From Promethearchaeota archaeon (GTDB taxonomy: Archaea; Asgardarchaeota; Lokiarchaeia; Sigyniarchaeales; SOKP01), in NCBI GenBank assembly GCA_018238625.1, contig JABCSY010000057.1:1-24908 (forward strand): a DNA stretch of 24,908 nt. Reading direction: 5' to 3'. Below, in pieces: positions 8,628 through 18,107 of the stretch (position 1 is its first letter; each line of letters starts with the position of its first letter). The position numbers and the translations under genes were made by a program. The notes beneath the pieces are model-generated. The model ran no database searches. It was not told where the DNA came from and was given only the letters and a program-made list of their open reading frames with translations.

Positions 8628-10061
8628 TTGAGTCCTACGGTAATTATGAAGTTCGGTGGAAGTTGCTTAGTAGATAGAAGCGCTTTTAAGAAAATTCTCA
8701 AGATATTAGAATTATATAAAGACGAAAAAAAAATAGTTGTAGCTTCGGCGTTTAGTGGGATAACAGAACTACTATTAAGCACTGCCCAAAATGTAAATAA
8801 TTCGAGAATTATTGAGGACAACGTAGCAATCTTAGAGAAAAAGCATTTTAGTATGATTGAGCAAATTTTCAAGGCAGATACTGAGTATTATATAAAAGCT
8901 AAAGACTGGGTTGATGAAAAGCTCAGCGATTTGGAAGATGCATTTGCTGATATCAAAGAATTTGGGTTAGAACCATATTATCAGGATTTAATCCTAAGTT
9001 TTGGTGAAATTTTGTCGACATACATTTTAAACCAGTACATATTGAGTAAGGGTTTAGAATCCGTATACATCCCGGCAAATAAGGTAATAATCACGAACGA
9101 CGAGTTTAACAACGCTTATCCTTTTTACAAATTAACGAACGAGCGAACGAGGAGACTTATAATTCCTCTCTTAGAAAACCCTAAAAAAGACGTAATAATT
9201 TGTATAACGGGATTTATTGGAAGGAATAAAATAGGTTATACTACTACCCTAGGAAGAGGTGGTTCAGATTACACCGCAACGATTTTAGCCCGTTCGATAT
9301 ACGAAGTAGGGATAGATAAAAATATAACAGTTATTCTATGGAAAGACGTTGATGGGTTACTAACTATTAACCCTAAATACGTTCCACAATCAACTCTTAT
9401 TAGAAATTTAGATTACAACGAAGCGAAACACATCGCGAATTTTGGGGCGAAAATTCTCCACCCTAAATGTCTTGAAGCGATCGAAAAAAAGAACATACCA
9501 TTAGAGCTTAGGAATTTTAACAAACCTTTACAAAAAGTCGACTTTACAAAAATTTCGGTACTTACAGATAAAAACGAAATCAAAGGAATTTCTACGGTAG
9601 AAGATGCTGTAATTATAACCGTTATTTCAGGAAGTTTAGTTGACGTTCCAGGAGTTCTAGCAAAGATTTTTAAAGTTATGAGTAAAAACAGCATTAGCGT
9701 ATCTTTAGTTGCTCAGAGTGCTTCTGAAATTAGTACATCTTTTATTGTAAAAGGACCTGAAGCTCAAAAAGCTGTGGACGCTTTAAACAGTTCGGGTTAT
9801 TTTTCTGATTTTTTCGAAATCAAATTTGAAGACGTAGCAATCATCAACATAACAGGATTTAAAATATTAGAAAACACAACGAAAGCCATTATTTTTCAAG
9901 CTTTAGAAAAGAAGAATATCCGCGTAAAAGCCTTGACTCAGAGTACTGAAGAATTAAACCTTTCGTTGGTAATTGAGAGAGAAGACCTCGTGGACGCGAT
10001 TAAAGTTATTCACGATGATTTATGTGAAGATTTTGAAGCTGAAAAACTCGATAAAAACTAA
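8628..10061 (+). CDS. lysC: Aspartate kinase with two C-terminal ACT domains
   Basis: MKFGGS, VVASAFSGIT, SFGEILS, TTLGRGGSDYTA, WKDVDG, FGAKILHP, ACT motif PGVLAKIF...SASEIS. Confidence 0.95.
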   Translation: MSPTVIMKFGGSCLVDRSAFKKILKILELYKDEKKIVVASAFSGITELLLSTAQNVNNSRIIEDNVAILEKKHFSMIEQIFKADTEYYIKAKDWVDEKLSDLEDAFADIKEFGLEPYYQDLILSFGEILSTYILNQYILSKGLESVYIPANKVIITNDEFNNAYPFYKLTNERTRRLIIPLLENPKKDVIICITGFIGRNKIGYTTTLGRGGSDYTATILARSIYEVGIDKNITVILWKDVDGLLTINPKYVPQSTLIRNLDYNEAKHIANFGAKILHPKCLEAIEKKNIPLELRNFNKPLQKVDFTKISVLTDKNEIKGISTVEDAVIITVISGSLVDVPGVLAKIFKVMSKNSISVSLVAQSASEISTSFIVKGPEAQKAVDALNSSGYFSDFFEIKFEDVAIINITGFKILENTTKAIIFQALEKKNIRVKALTQSTEELNLSLVIEREDLVDAIKVIHDDLCEDFEAEKLDKN

Positions 10062-10071
10062 TAACTTCGAT

Positions 10072-10156
10072 CCAAAATTGTTGAATGTTTAAAATCATTA
10101 AGTTAAATTCAACATCTTTGGTAAGAATATCTACACCCACAGTTAGTTTGTGTGTG
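10072..10156. terminator. Two imperfect hairpins between convergent lysC and Rab-like genes (possible terminator/stability elements)
   Basis: CCAAA..TGTTGAAT / ATTCAACA..TTTGG (10072-10121) and CACCCACAG / TTGTGTGTG (10134-10156). Confidence 0.35.
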
Positions 10157-10208
10157 CGAAATTTTATTTTAACAATAATAAATTGGTTAGAAATAGAATA
10201 AACTCGAC

Positions 10209-10736
10209 TTATTGAGTTCTTTTCTCGATAATTCTACGAGTAAGCTCAGTAAAAGCCTCATCTACGTTAATACCTGTTTTAGCTGAGGTTTCAATGTATA
10301 TGCTACCCTCGCTTTCGGCTAACGCTCTCGCCTCGTCCCGATCGATAACTTCGCCAACATCCTTCAGTAGGTCGTGTTTATTTCCAATTAGTACAAACGG
10401 TATGTCTTGACCAGCAAACTGACGGATTTCTGTTAACCACTTTCTTACCTCAATGTAGGTTTGTTCTCTTGTTAAATCAAAAACTAGCAAAGCTCCTGCG
10501 GCGCCTTTATAAAATGTCGAACGTATGAACTCAAATCGTTGTTGTCCGCCGATATCCCATATTGAAAGGGTTGCAACTTCGCTGGGCTTGAACTCAACGT
10601 CTTTGGTTAGGATATCTACTCCAACGGTGAGCTTGTAGTTAGCCGCAAAACGATTCTTGATAAATCTCTGAACGAGACTTGTCTTTCCGACAGCGGCGGC
10701 GCCAGTTAGCAATACTTTTAATTTAAAACTTGACAT
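10209..10736 (-). CDS. Rab-like small GTPase (Ras superfamily)
   Basis: GAAAVGKTS, TVGVDI, WDIGGQQRF, FYKGAAGALLVFD, GNKHD, ETSAKTG. No C-terminal Cys prenylation motif. Confidence 0.95.
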   Translation of the reverse strand: MSSFKLKVLLTGAAAVGKTSLVQRFIKNRFAANYKLTVGVDILTKDVEFKPSEVATLSIWDIGGQQRFEFIRSTFYKGAAGALLVFDLTREQTYIEVRKWLTEIRQFAGQDIPFVLIGNKHDLLKDVGEVIDRDEARALAESEGSIYIETSAKTGINVDEAFTELTRRIIEKRTQ

Positions 10737-10964
10737 GCTATAAATTACACCACAAATTATACGAAAATAAATTTCTTAATTATTATTTTAATAAATTTAT
10801 TATCTTAATATTAAATTTTGTTTATTTAATTCTTTTTATTTAAAATTGATTTATTTCTTAAATACTTTTATGCTCCTTTAAGTTTAAAATCTACAAAATA
10901 GTCCTTTGTCTAATTTTGAACTAACTTTACATTTGTAATAAAGAAAGTAAGTCTAAAAGATCAT

Positions 10965-12932
10965 TTATCTTTTAGGAATGTTTTTGTATTCTTTTAAATT
11001 AGGAAAAAGTTCTAGATTATGGTGAGGAAAATACATGGCTTCGGCGTATTGTCTTTGGAAATCCTTTTCTATTGCGATTTCAACATAGGCTATTTTATTT
11101 AGCAATTTGCTAGCTTTTTCTCTTAAATTTGTATTTAGCAAACAGTTTTGAGCTCCAGTTCCAGCAGCGTTTCCAATTTGATAAATTTTTTCGTCTGAAA
11201 TATCAGGAATCATTCCAATAAATTTTGCGTTATTTTTATTTATATAATTGCCAAAAGCTCCAGCCAAATAGATTTGTTTAATTTCGATTTTGGTGTTTAT
11301 AGTTCGATTTATATGGTTTAAAAGCAATTGAGCTCCAGAAAAGAACGCTCCTTTGGCCATTTGTAATTCTCTAACGTCTTTTTGCGAAATTATAATGTCT
11401 CTTTTATTTGCAGTTTCATCCTTCTTTACAATAATAAACGCTAAGCTTTTATCGTTTTTTAGAATTCTCTCGTGATCAATAATTTGTTTGTTGAAACCAC
11501 CACTTCTGGTAATAATTTTAGCTTTTAGCATTTCTGCTACGGCGTCAATTATTCCAGAACCACAAATTCCAAGCGGTTTTTTGTTGTTTATCGTCGTATA
11601 CTCAACTGTTAAATCGTCGGGGTTAATTTTGATTGTGTCGATCGCTCCAGCTGCGGCTCTCATTCCATCTTTTACGTGTGCCCCCTCTAAAGCAGACCCG
11701 GCTGCGCACGAGGCAGTTGTCAACATATCCCTATTACCAAGAACTATCTCGCCATTCGTCCCTACATCAATTGCTAAAGTTAACTCTGACTCTTTATCTA
11801 TTTCTGAAGATAGGATTACGCCTATTGTGTCTGCCCCAACGAACCCCGCTATCAAAGGAAGCACATATACTTTTCCTCCTCGAGAGATATTAAGATTTAA
11901 ATCTTTAGAATTTAGATTTAATCCTCGTTTAACTGCCGGCACATACGGACTTAAACCGATAGCCGTAGGATCTATATTTAAAAACATATGGTGCATAACA
12001 GAATTACCAACAACGGTGACTTCACGTATATCCGAAGGTTTAATTTTAGCTTTTGCGCAATTTTTATTTATTATATCATTTAAAGCGTCTACAACAGCAG
12101 AGTTTAGTTTTAGAAGTCCATCTTCGTTGTCTTTAACATATGTAATCCGAGTAATAACATCTTCTCCATAGGCAGTTTGTGGGTTAAGTGCTGAGGCGAC
12201 AGAATAAACTTTTCCGTCGTTTAAGTTTATTAAATAACCTACTAAAGTAGTAGTTCCAATATCAAAGGCAATTCCGTAATTTTTATCAACTTTATTACCC
12301 GCTTCAAAATCGATGATTTTATTGTTGTCGTATAGAGTTAGTGTAATGCGATGGTTTTCTTCTCTTAAAATTTTAGGTAATTTCTTTATAGCTTCAAATT
12401 CTACTAAAAGCGAGTTAATATCATTTTTAATATTGGATTTAGAAGAGAGGGAAATTAGTACTCTTTCCAAATCTGGAACGGGATCGTCTAAATTTGGTTT
12501 GTTAACTTCTACAAACACTTTCTTAACGTTTGGATTTAGGCTAACTCCATTATTTATACCTGAAGTTAAAATCTTAAAATCTTCAACTAAGAGCTCTTGA
12601 GGTAAAAATATTCTAATTTGAGGTGGTTGCAGTGTTTCCAAGAGTGGAATCTGGTTTTCCGCGATCCTACATTGGCACGCTAAGCGCCAGCTTTCGTTGA
12701 GCTCTGCTGTAGTTAAAAAAGTCTTCTCTGAATCTGTAGGCGAATTTAAATATTTATTTCCTTTTTGAACCATAATTTTGCACTTACCGCACGTTCCAAG
12801 GCCACCACATAGTGATCTAACGCGGATACCTGAATTAATCAACAATTTGTAAAGATTCTCGTCTTTTGCGTAGTATAGTCTTCTTGAGATCGGTTCAAAA
12901 TCAATTGTTATTTTAAAATTGTTATTATTCAT
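10965..12932 (-). CDS. RACo/AcsV-type ATP-dependent reductive activator of corrinoid proteins (2Fe-2S ferredoxin + ASKHA/DUF4445)
   Basis: N-terminal CGGLGTCGKC...RLACQ [2Fe-2S] motif; DIGTTT, YGEDVITRI, GFVGAD, DVGTNGE, GICGSG, LAGAFG, GNAAGTGA. Confidence 0.93.
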   Translation of the reverse strand: MNNNNFKITIDFEPISRRLYYAKDENLYKLLINSGIRVRSLCGGLGTCGKCKIMVQKGNKYLNSPTDSEKTFLTTAELNESWRLACQCRIAENQIPLLETLQPPQIRIFLPQELLVEDFKILTSGINNGVSLNPNVKKVFVEVNKPNLDDPVPDLERVLISLSSKSNIKNDINSLLVEFEAIKKLPKILREENHRITLTLYDNNKIIDFEAGNKVDKNYGIAFDIGTTTLVGYLINLNDGKVYSVASALNPQTAYGEDVITRITYVKDNEDGLLKLNSAVVDALNDIINKNCAKAKIKPSDIREVTVVGNSVMHHMFLNIDPTAIGLSPYVPAVKRGLNLNSKDLNLNISRGGKVYVLPLIAGFVGADTIGVILSSEIDKESELTLAIDVGTNGEIVLGNRDMLTTASCAAGSALEGAHVKDGMRAAAGAIDTIKINPDDLTVEYTTINNKKPLGICGSGIIDAVAEMLKAKIITRSGGFNKQIIDHERILKNDKSLAFIIVKKDETANKRDIIISQKDVRELQMAKGAFFSGAQLLLNHINRTINTKIEIKQIYLAGAFGNYINKNNAKFIGMIPDISDEKIYQIGNAAGTGAQNCLLNTNLREKASKLLNKIAYVEIAIEKDFQRQYAEAMYFPHHNLELFPNLKEYKNIPKR

Positions 12933-13153
12933 GGAGTATACTCACATATATTAAATACAGAAATAAAGAATAATCATCAAAAAAGGCACGAAAATGACTT
13001 TTAACGGTTATTTTTTGTTAGTAAGGTTAATCATTAAAATATAAAAAGTTTAATTAATAAATCGGTTTAATTTATTGTAAGAAATAAGAATGATTTCACT
13101 CTAATCTTATTATCAATTCAATTTAAATTGAAAAACAAAGAGTTAGTTTTAAA

Positions 13154-16100
13154 ATGGAGAATAATGAAGCGTTAGCTCAAGAAGCTGTAAGATACTTAAG
13201 CTTAGCCCAGAGATTTGAACAGGAAGGTCAAATAGAAAAGGCTATAGAACATTATGGGGTTGCTGCGGAATATCTTAAAAATAGCGGGTACTTGATGCAG
13301 AGAATTGATGAGATTTATTCTCGAATTGAGGAATTAAAAAGGTTCGTTAAGCAAGAGATTTTCTATCGCCAAGAGCATTCCAGAGCTCAAGTTGAACAAA
13401 TACAAGAACAAGCGTTTTCTTTATTAGATGGAGCTCAAAAATTAGAATCTGATGGATTTCTTGAAGACGCAATTGGCCAATATATGTCAGCAATTAAATT
13501 ATTGGTTCAATCCGGATGGACTGAAACTCAATTAGAGAATTTGAAGAGTAAAATATCTGTTCTCGCGGGAAATTTGGAACGGCAAAAAAGAATTCAAACA
13601 CAAAAAGTAATTGAACCTCAACAATTAGAAACTGAACCTCAACAATTAGAAACTGAGCCTCAGGTTGTTGGCGCGTTTGGCAAAAAGAAAATTGCTTCAA
13701 AAGCAGAAGAACTGAAAAGATATAGAGAAGCCAAACAACGAGAAGAACAGATTGAAACCGATGCTTTTGCGTTTATTGACAATGCAAAGTTTTTCGAAAA
13801 AGACAATAAATTTGATGAAGCGATAGAGAACTACGAAAATGCCATTGAACTATTAAACTTAATAGGATGGCAAACCCAGACGCAAAATATAGCGCTAATA
13901 GTTCAAAAATTAAGAAAGGACAAAAAAGAATTTGAAATGATTAAGACACAGAAGCCTTTAGAACGAAGATTAATAAAAGGGGAAGTTGAAATTAAAGGAT
14001 TCGATGAATTAGAGCTCGAAGAGTTTAAAAAGGACGAAGAAAAGATTCAAATAAACGCGTTCAACCTAATAGATATAGGAAAAAAGCTAGAGCGAGAAAA
14101 AAAATACGATAAAGCAATAGCTAAGTACGAAAAAGCAATAGAATTACTTAAATCCATAGAATGGGATTCTTACATTCAACCTGTCGTTAATTTTATTAAA
14201 AGCATAGAAGAGAAACAAAGATATGAGGAAAAAACTGAAAGTCTGAAACTAAAGAGAGAAACCGATTTAAAAAGTCTACAAGACAAAATCTTCTTAAAAG
14301 AAAGAGAAGAGATTGTACAAACAGCAAAAGAGTTAGAACAAAAAAGATTACAATTTGAACAAAAAAGAAGAAAAGAAACAAGAAAAGAGAACGAATTTTT
14401 CACGACTCTAGATAATGCCGATAAGATTTTAAAGGAAACTAACGATTTTAATAAATCTATTGTAGAATATCAAAAAGCTTTAGAACTTTTAAAAGGTTTA
14501 GGAGCGGGTTGGGGATCGTATGCGGGAACAATTAAAGCTACAATATCTAGTATCAACACACTAAAAGAAACTCAGATAGAGAAAGAATTGGAACAACAAA
14601 AGAAATCAGAGCGGCGAAGTAAAGCTGATCTAGAATTCCAACAACAAATATCAATAGAATTAGCAAAGGAACGAGAGAGTATTAAACAAAGGGCAATTGC
14701 GTTAGATTTAAAAAGAGACGAAATAGAATATAGAGAACAACGTAAAGACGCTGCTTTTAAGGCTTTAGAAGAAGCAGAAGAATACATAAATCAATCTAAG
14801 CTAGATAACGCGATATTAGCTTATCAAACGGCTGGTAACATATTTGCGGGCATCCACTGGGACGAAGAACTACATTTAATTGAAGACTCCATAAGAAATC
14901 TTGAAAGTAGGAAAAGAGAGCAATCCTTTAGGAAGCAAAAGGATTTACAGAGATCTATTGATAGATATAAAACAGAGCAATCGTTTCAGAAAAAAATATC
15001 CAAGCAATTACGAGAAGAGCGTGAGAGATTAAGTAAAAGAGAGATAAATATAAGAGAACGAGATGCAGAATTAGAACATCGAGAAAGGAGAAAGGAAGAA
15101 GCTTTTAAAGTGTTAGGCGAAGCGCAGAAGTTATTAGAAAAAGGAAATTACGAAAAAGTTATAGAATTATATCAATTAGCAACAAATATTTTTGCAGAAA
15201 TTCAATGGTATGATGAAGTTGAAAAAATAGGAAATGCTATTGTTGAGATAGAAAATAAAAAGCATGAGACTATAATTAAAAAGCAAAGGGAAACCTTAGC
15301 TCTCATTGAAAAAGAAAGAGAGGATAGAGCGTTCCAAGAGAGTACAATTAAAGAAATGAAAGCTCAAAGAGAAAAGCTAAAACAAAAAGAGATTATCTTC
15401 AGAGAACGCGAAAACGAAGTCCTGTTTAGAGAAAAGCGAAAAGAAGAAGCTTTTAAAATACTAGAAGAAGCGCAGAATTTTCTTTCTTTAGGGGAGTTTG
15501 ATATGGCAATTGAAAGCTATAGAAATGTAAGCGAAATCTTTGCTCAAATTCAATGGGTAGAAGAACTACCGTTGATTAAACAAGCTATTAGCGATATAGA
15601 AATAAAAAAGAAAGAGAAAGAACTATGGAAACAAAAAGCGTTTCAAGAAGCGATAAAAAAAGAAACAGATAACAGGCAATTTCTTGACCACATCAAACGT
15701 CAACGAGAAATTGAAAAAATTAAAATACAAAAAAAGAAGGAATTATTTGTAGAAAAGAAAGAATTAATTGCAGAAACCGTATCAAAAGAGAAAGAGGCAT
15801 TCAGGATTATTGACGAAGCTGACATTTTATTAAGACAAGAAAGCTTTGACGAAGCTTTACGATCTTATGATAACGCTCTTAGCTTATTAAATCACATTGG
15901 ATGGACAGGGAGTTATATGACCTTATTAGAAGATACGATTCGATTAATCCAGTTTAAAAAGAAAGAAAAAGATCAGAGAATTAAACGAGAAAAGGAACAT
16001 TTAAAAAAACAAATAGACGACGAAAGAGATTTCGAGAGAAATATAGCTGAGCGTCTTCAAAGTGAAAAAGACAGGATGATATCGAAGAAAATTGAGCTTC

Positions 16101-18100
16101 GAAAAAGGGAAGATTTAGTAAAATATATGGAACTACGTAAATTAGAAGCTTTTAAAATTATGGATAAAGCAGAAACATTATTAAAGCAAGGGTTATATGA
16201 GCGCGCTATAGACATGTATTATCAAGCAGAGTTAATTTTAACTCAAATTCAATTCCCAACGGATACAATTAAAGAAATGATTCGTAAGGTTCAAGAGAAA
16301 AAGCGCAAAGATGATTTAGCAAAACAACACAAATTTGAGCTCACATTAAAAAAAACTGAGGAAGAAAAACATTTTCAACAAACTATTGTTGAAAGCATGA
16401 AGTACGAAGAAGAAAAAATGAAAGCGAAACAAATCAAACTTAAAGAACGAGAAGATTTAAAAATCTATATGGAAAAGCGTAAAGACATTGCCTTTGAAAT
16501 ATTTGATGAAGCCAATGCCTTTATAAAACAAGGAAAATACGATAAAGCGCTTGAATATTATAGAAGTGCGGAATTAATATTAAACGAAATCCAATTTCCA
16601 ACAGACTCAATTAAGGAATTAATCGCTAAAGTCAACGAGAAAAAACGAGAACATGAATTGCAAAAACAAAAAGGATTGGAATTTAAAGTTCAAAAGGAGC
16701 GCGAAGAAATCGAGTTTCAAAAGAAAGTTGCTGATGATATAAGAAAAAAAAAAGAGCGCCTAAAATTAAAACAGATCGAAGTTGGAAATTTAGAATTATT
16801 ACAAGCCAAACTTGAAAAGAGAAAAGATGAGGCTTTTCTGGTTTTAGAAAAAGCAGAGCATTATATTAATAGATTAGAGTATGATCTAGCTATTGTAAGC
16901 TATAGAAAAGCAATGCTAATTTTGAACGAAATCCAATTTCCAACAGATTCTATTAACAACATGATTGAAAAAGTAATCAATCTTAAAAAGCAAAAAGATC
17001 TTAACGAACAACATAAATTACAAAGAGAATTAGAAAGGCTTAAAGAAGAGAAACATTTACAAGAAATATTAGAAGAGAGAAAAAATCAAGAAAAAGAGAA
17101 AAAGATTGCGCAACAGTTAGCTCTTCAACAAAGGGAAAGAGTTGTGCAAGATCAATTAACTAACAGAGAGGCCGCTTATTCCCTCCTTGAAGAAGGTGTA
17201 GAATATCTTAAGAGAGGAGTTCCTAATTTTGACAAAGCAATATCGTTGTATATTCAAGCAAGAGATTTACTATCCGAAAAGATTGGTTGGGAACCTGAAA
17301 TTAATAATTTAAATCTATTGATAAAAGATCTCATTCAACAGAAAGCAGATTATGTGGAAAAGAAAAGATTGGAAGCAGAGACTAAAATTAAGAGGCAGCG
17401 AGAGTATGAAGTTTTTAGAGAAGAGATTCAAAAACAACGTATGGAATACGAAATAAAAAAAAGACAGCAACAACTAAAGGTAAAAAGATTATTCGAATCT
17501 AAACGAGATGCGGAGATAACTAAAGAGAAGGGTTTAAGGCTAATAGACGAGGGAAAACAGGCTGCAATCATATATGACTTTAAAGAAGCATATAAAAAGT
17601 TCAACGGAGCAATTGAAAAGTTTAAACAGATTGGATGGATTGAACAAATAAAATATATTCAAAAAGAGATTGAAAATACTCGACTCCTTGAACAAAGAAC
17701 AAAAGAAGAAGATTTGAAAATCCAAAAAATTCGCAAAGATTTAGAAATTCAAAGAAGAAAGAAAGAGCGCCAAGTAAAAGAAGAAGAAATAAAATTAAAA
17801 GCGGTAGTTGGAGAAGTTAGCGGTTTATCTGTTGAAATTTCGAAGTTAATTGAAATTAAAAAGCAAAAAGATGAGTTGAAAGCCCAACATAAAAGTAAAC
17901 AAATCGTATCCGAGTCAAAAGAATTTCGAAAGGATATGAGTGAATTTCTTGATTTGAAGCAGGATCTTATGAAAGAATTATCGAAATCAAAAGATGATAC
18001 AGAGAAGAGAAAAGAAAAGCTCAAATTAGATAAAGATAAAGAAAAAGCGGACGAAATTAAGAAAATGCTTAGGGAAATATCGAAAAAAGAAAAAAAATAA
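13154..18100 (+). CDS. Giant helical repeat protein: 14 MIT/TPR-like helical modules separated by E/K/R-rich helical linkers
   Basis: Motif AFxxLxxAxxxxxxxxYxxAIxxYxxAxxLLxxIxW/F recurs 14 times; central period about 116 aa (e.g. gct codons at 14753, 15101, 15449). Confidence 0.85.
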   Translation: MENNEALAQEAVRYLSLAQRFEQEGQIEKAIEHYGVAAEYLKNSGYLMQRIDEIYSRIEELKRFVKQEIFYRQEHSRAQVEQIQEQAFSLLDGAQKLESDGFLEDAIGQYMSAIKLLVQSGWTETQLENLKSKISVLAGNLERQKRIQTQKVIEPQQLETEPQQLETEPQVVGAFGKKKIASKAEELKRYREAKQREEQIETDAFAFIDNAKFFEKDNKFDEAIENYENAIELLNLIGWQTQTQNIALIVQKLRKDKKEFEMIKTQKPLERRLIKGEVEIKGFDELELEEFKKDEEKIQINAFNLIDIGKKLEREKKYDKAIAKYEKAIELLKSIEWDSYIQPVVNFIKSIEEKQRYEEKTESLKLKRETDLKSLQDKIFLKEREEIVQTAKELEQKRLQFEQKRRKETRKENEFFTTLDNADKILKETNDFNKSIVEYQKALELLKGLGAGWGSYAGTIKATISSINTLKETQIEKELEQQKKSERRSKADLEFQQQISIELAKERESIKQRAIALDLKRDEIEYREQRKDAAFKALEEAEEYINQSKLDNAILAYQTAGNIFAGIHWDEELHLIEDSIRNLESRKREQSFRKQKDLQRSIDRYKTEQSFQKKISKQLREERERLSKREINIRERDAELEHRERRKEEAFKVLGEAQKLLEKGNYEKVIELYQLATNIFAEIQWYDEVEKIGNAIVEIENKKHETIIKKQRETLALIEKEREDRAFQESTIKEMKAQREKLKQKEIIFRERENEVLFREKRKEEAFKILEEAQNFLSLGEFDMAIESYRNVSEIFAQIQWVEELPLIKQAISDIEIKKKEKELWKQKAFQEAIKKETDNRQFLDHIKRQREIEKIKIQKKKELFVEKKELIAETVSKEKEAFRIIDEADILLRQESFDEALRSYDNALSLLNHIGWTGSYMTLLEDTIRLIQFKKKEKDQRIKREKEHLKKQIDDERDFERNIAERLQSEKDRMISKKIELRKREDLVKYMELRKLEAFKIMDKAETLLKQGLYERAIDMYYQAELILTQIQFPTDTIKEMIRKVQEKKRKDDLAKQHKFELTLKKTEEEKHFQQTIVESMKYEEEKMKAKQIKLKEREDLKIYMEKRKDIAFEIFDEANAFIKQGKYDKALEYYRSAELILNEIQFPTDSIKELIAKVNEKKREHELQKQKGLEFKVQKEREEIEFQKKVADDIRKKKERLKLKQIEVGNLELLQAKLEKRKDEAFLVLEKAEHYINRLEYDLAIVSYRKAMLILNEIQFPTDSINNMIEKVINLKKQKDLNEQHKLQRELERLKEEKHLQEILEERKNQEKEKKIAQQLALQQRERVVQDQLTNREAAYSLLEEGVEYLKRGVPNFDKAISLYIQARDLLSEKIGWEPEINNLNLLIKDLIQQKADYVEKKRLEAETKIKRQREYEVFREEIQKQRMEYEIKKRQQQLKVKRLFESKRDAEITKEKGLRLIDEGKQAAIIYDFKEAYKKFNGAIEKFKQIGWIEQIKYIQKEIENTRLLEQRTKEEDLKIQKIRKDLEIQRRKKERQVKEEEIKLKAVVGEVSGLSVEISKLIEIKKQKDELKAQHKSKQIVSESKEFRKDMSEFLDLKQDLMKELSKSKDDTEKRKEKLKLDKDKEKADEIKKMLREISKKEKK
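13613..13663 (+). repeat. 21-bp tandem repeat (about 2.4 copies) encoding EPQQLET
   Basis: gaacctcaacaattagaaact x2, followed by gagcctcag. Confidence 0.95.
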
Positions 18101-18107
18101 GTCCTTA

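Noticed and set aside
11488-12600. Antisense ORFs inside the RACo gene, and similar short shadow ORFs at 1699, 3406, 5290, 8260, 8576, 9413, 13494-17749, 18197, 18629, 22630, 23360
   Set aside because: They overlap well-supported genes on the opposite strand and have no motifs.
13613-13663. Possible CRISPR repeat
   Set aside because: Directly adjacent copies with no spacers, in frame within a CDS, and no cas genes.
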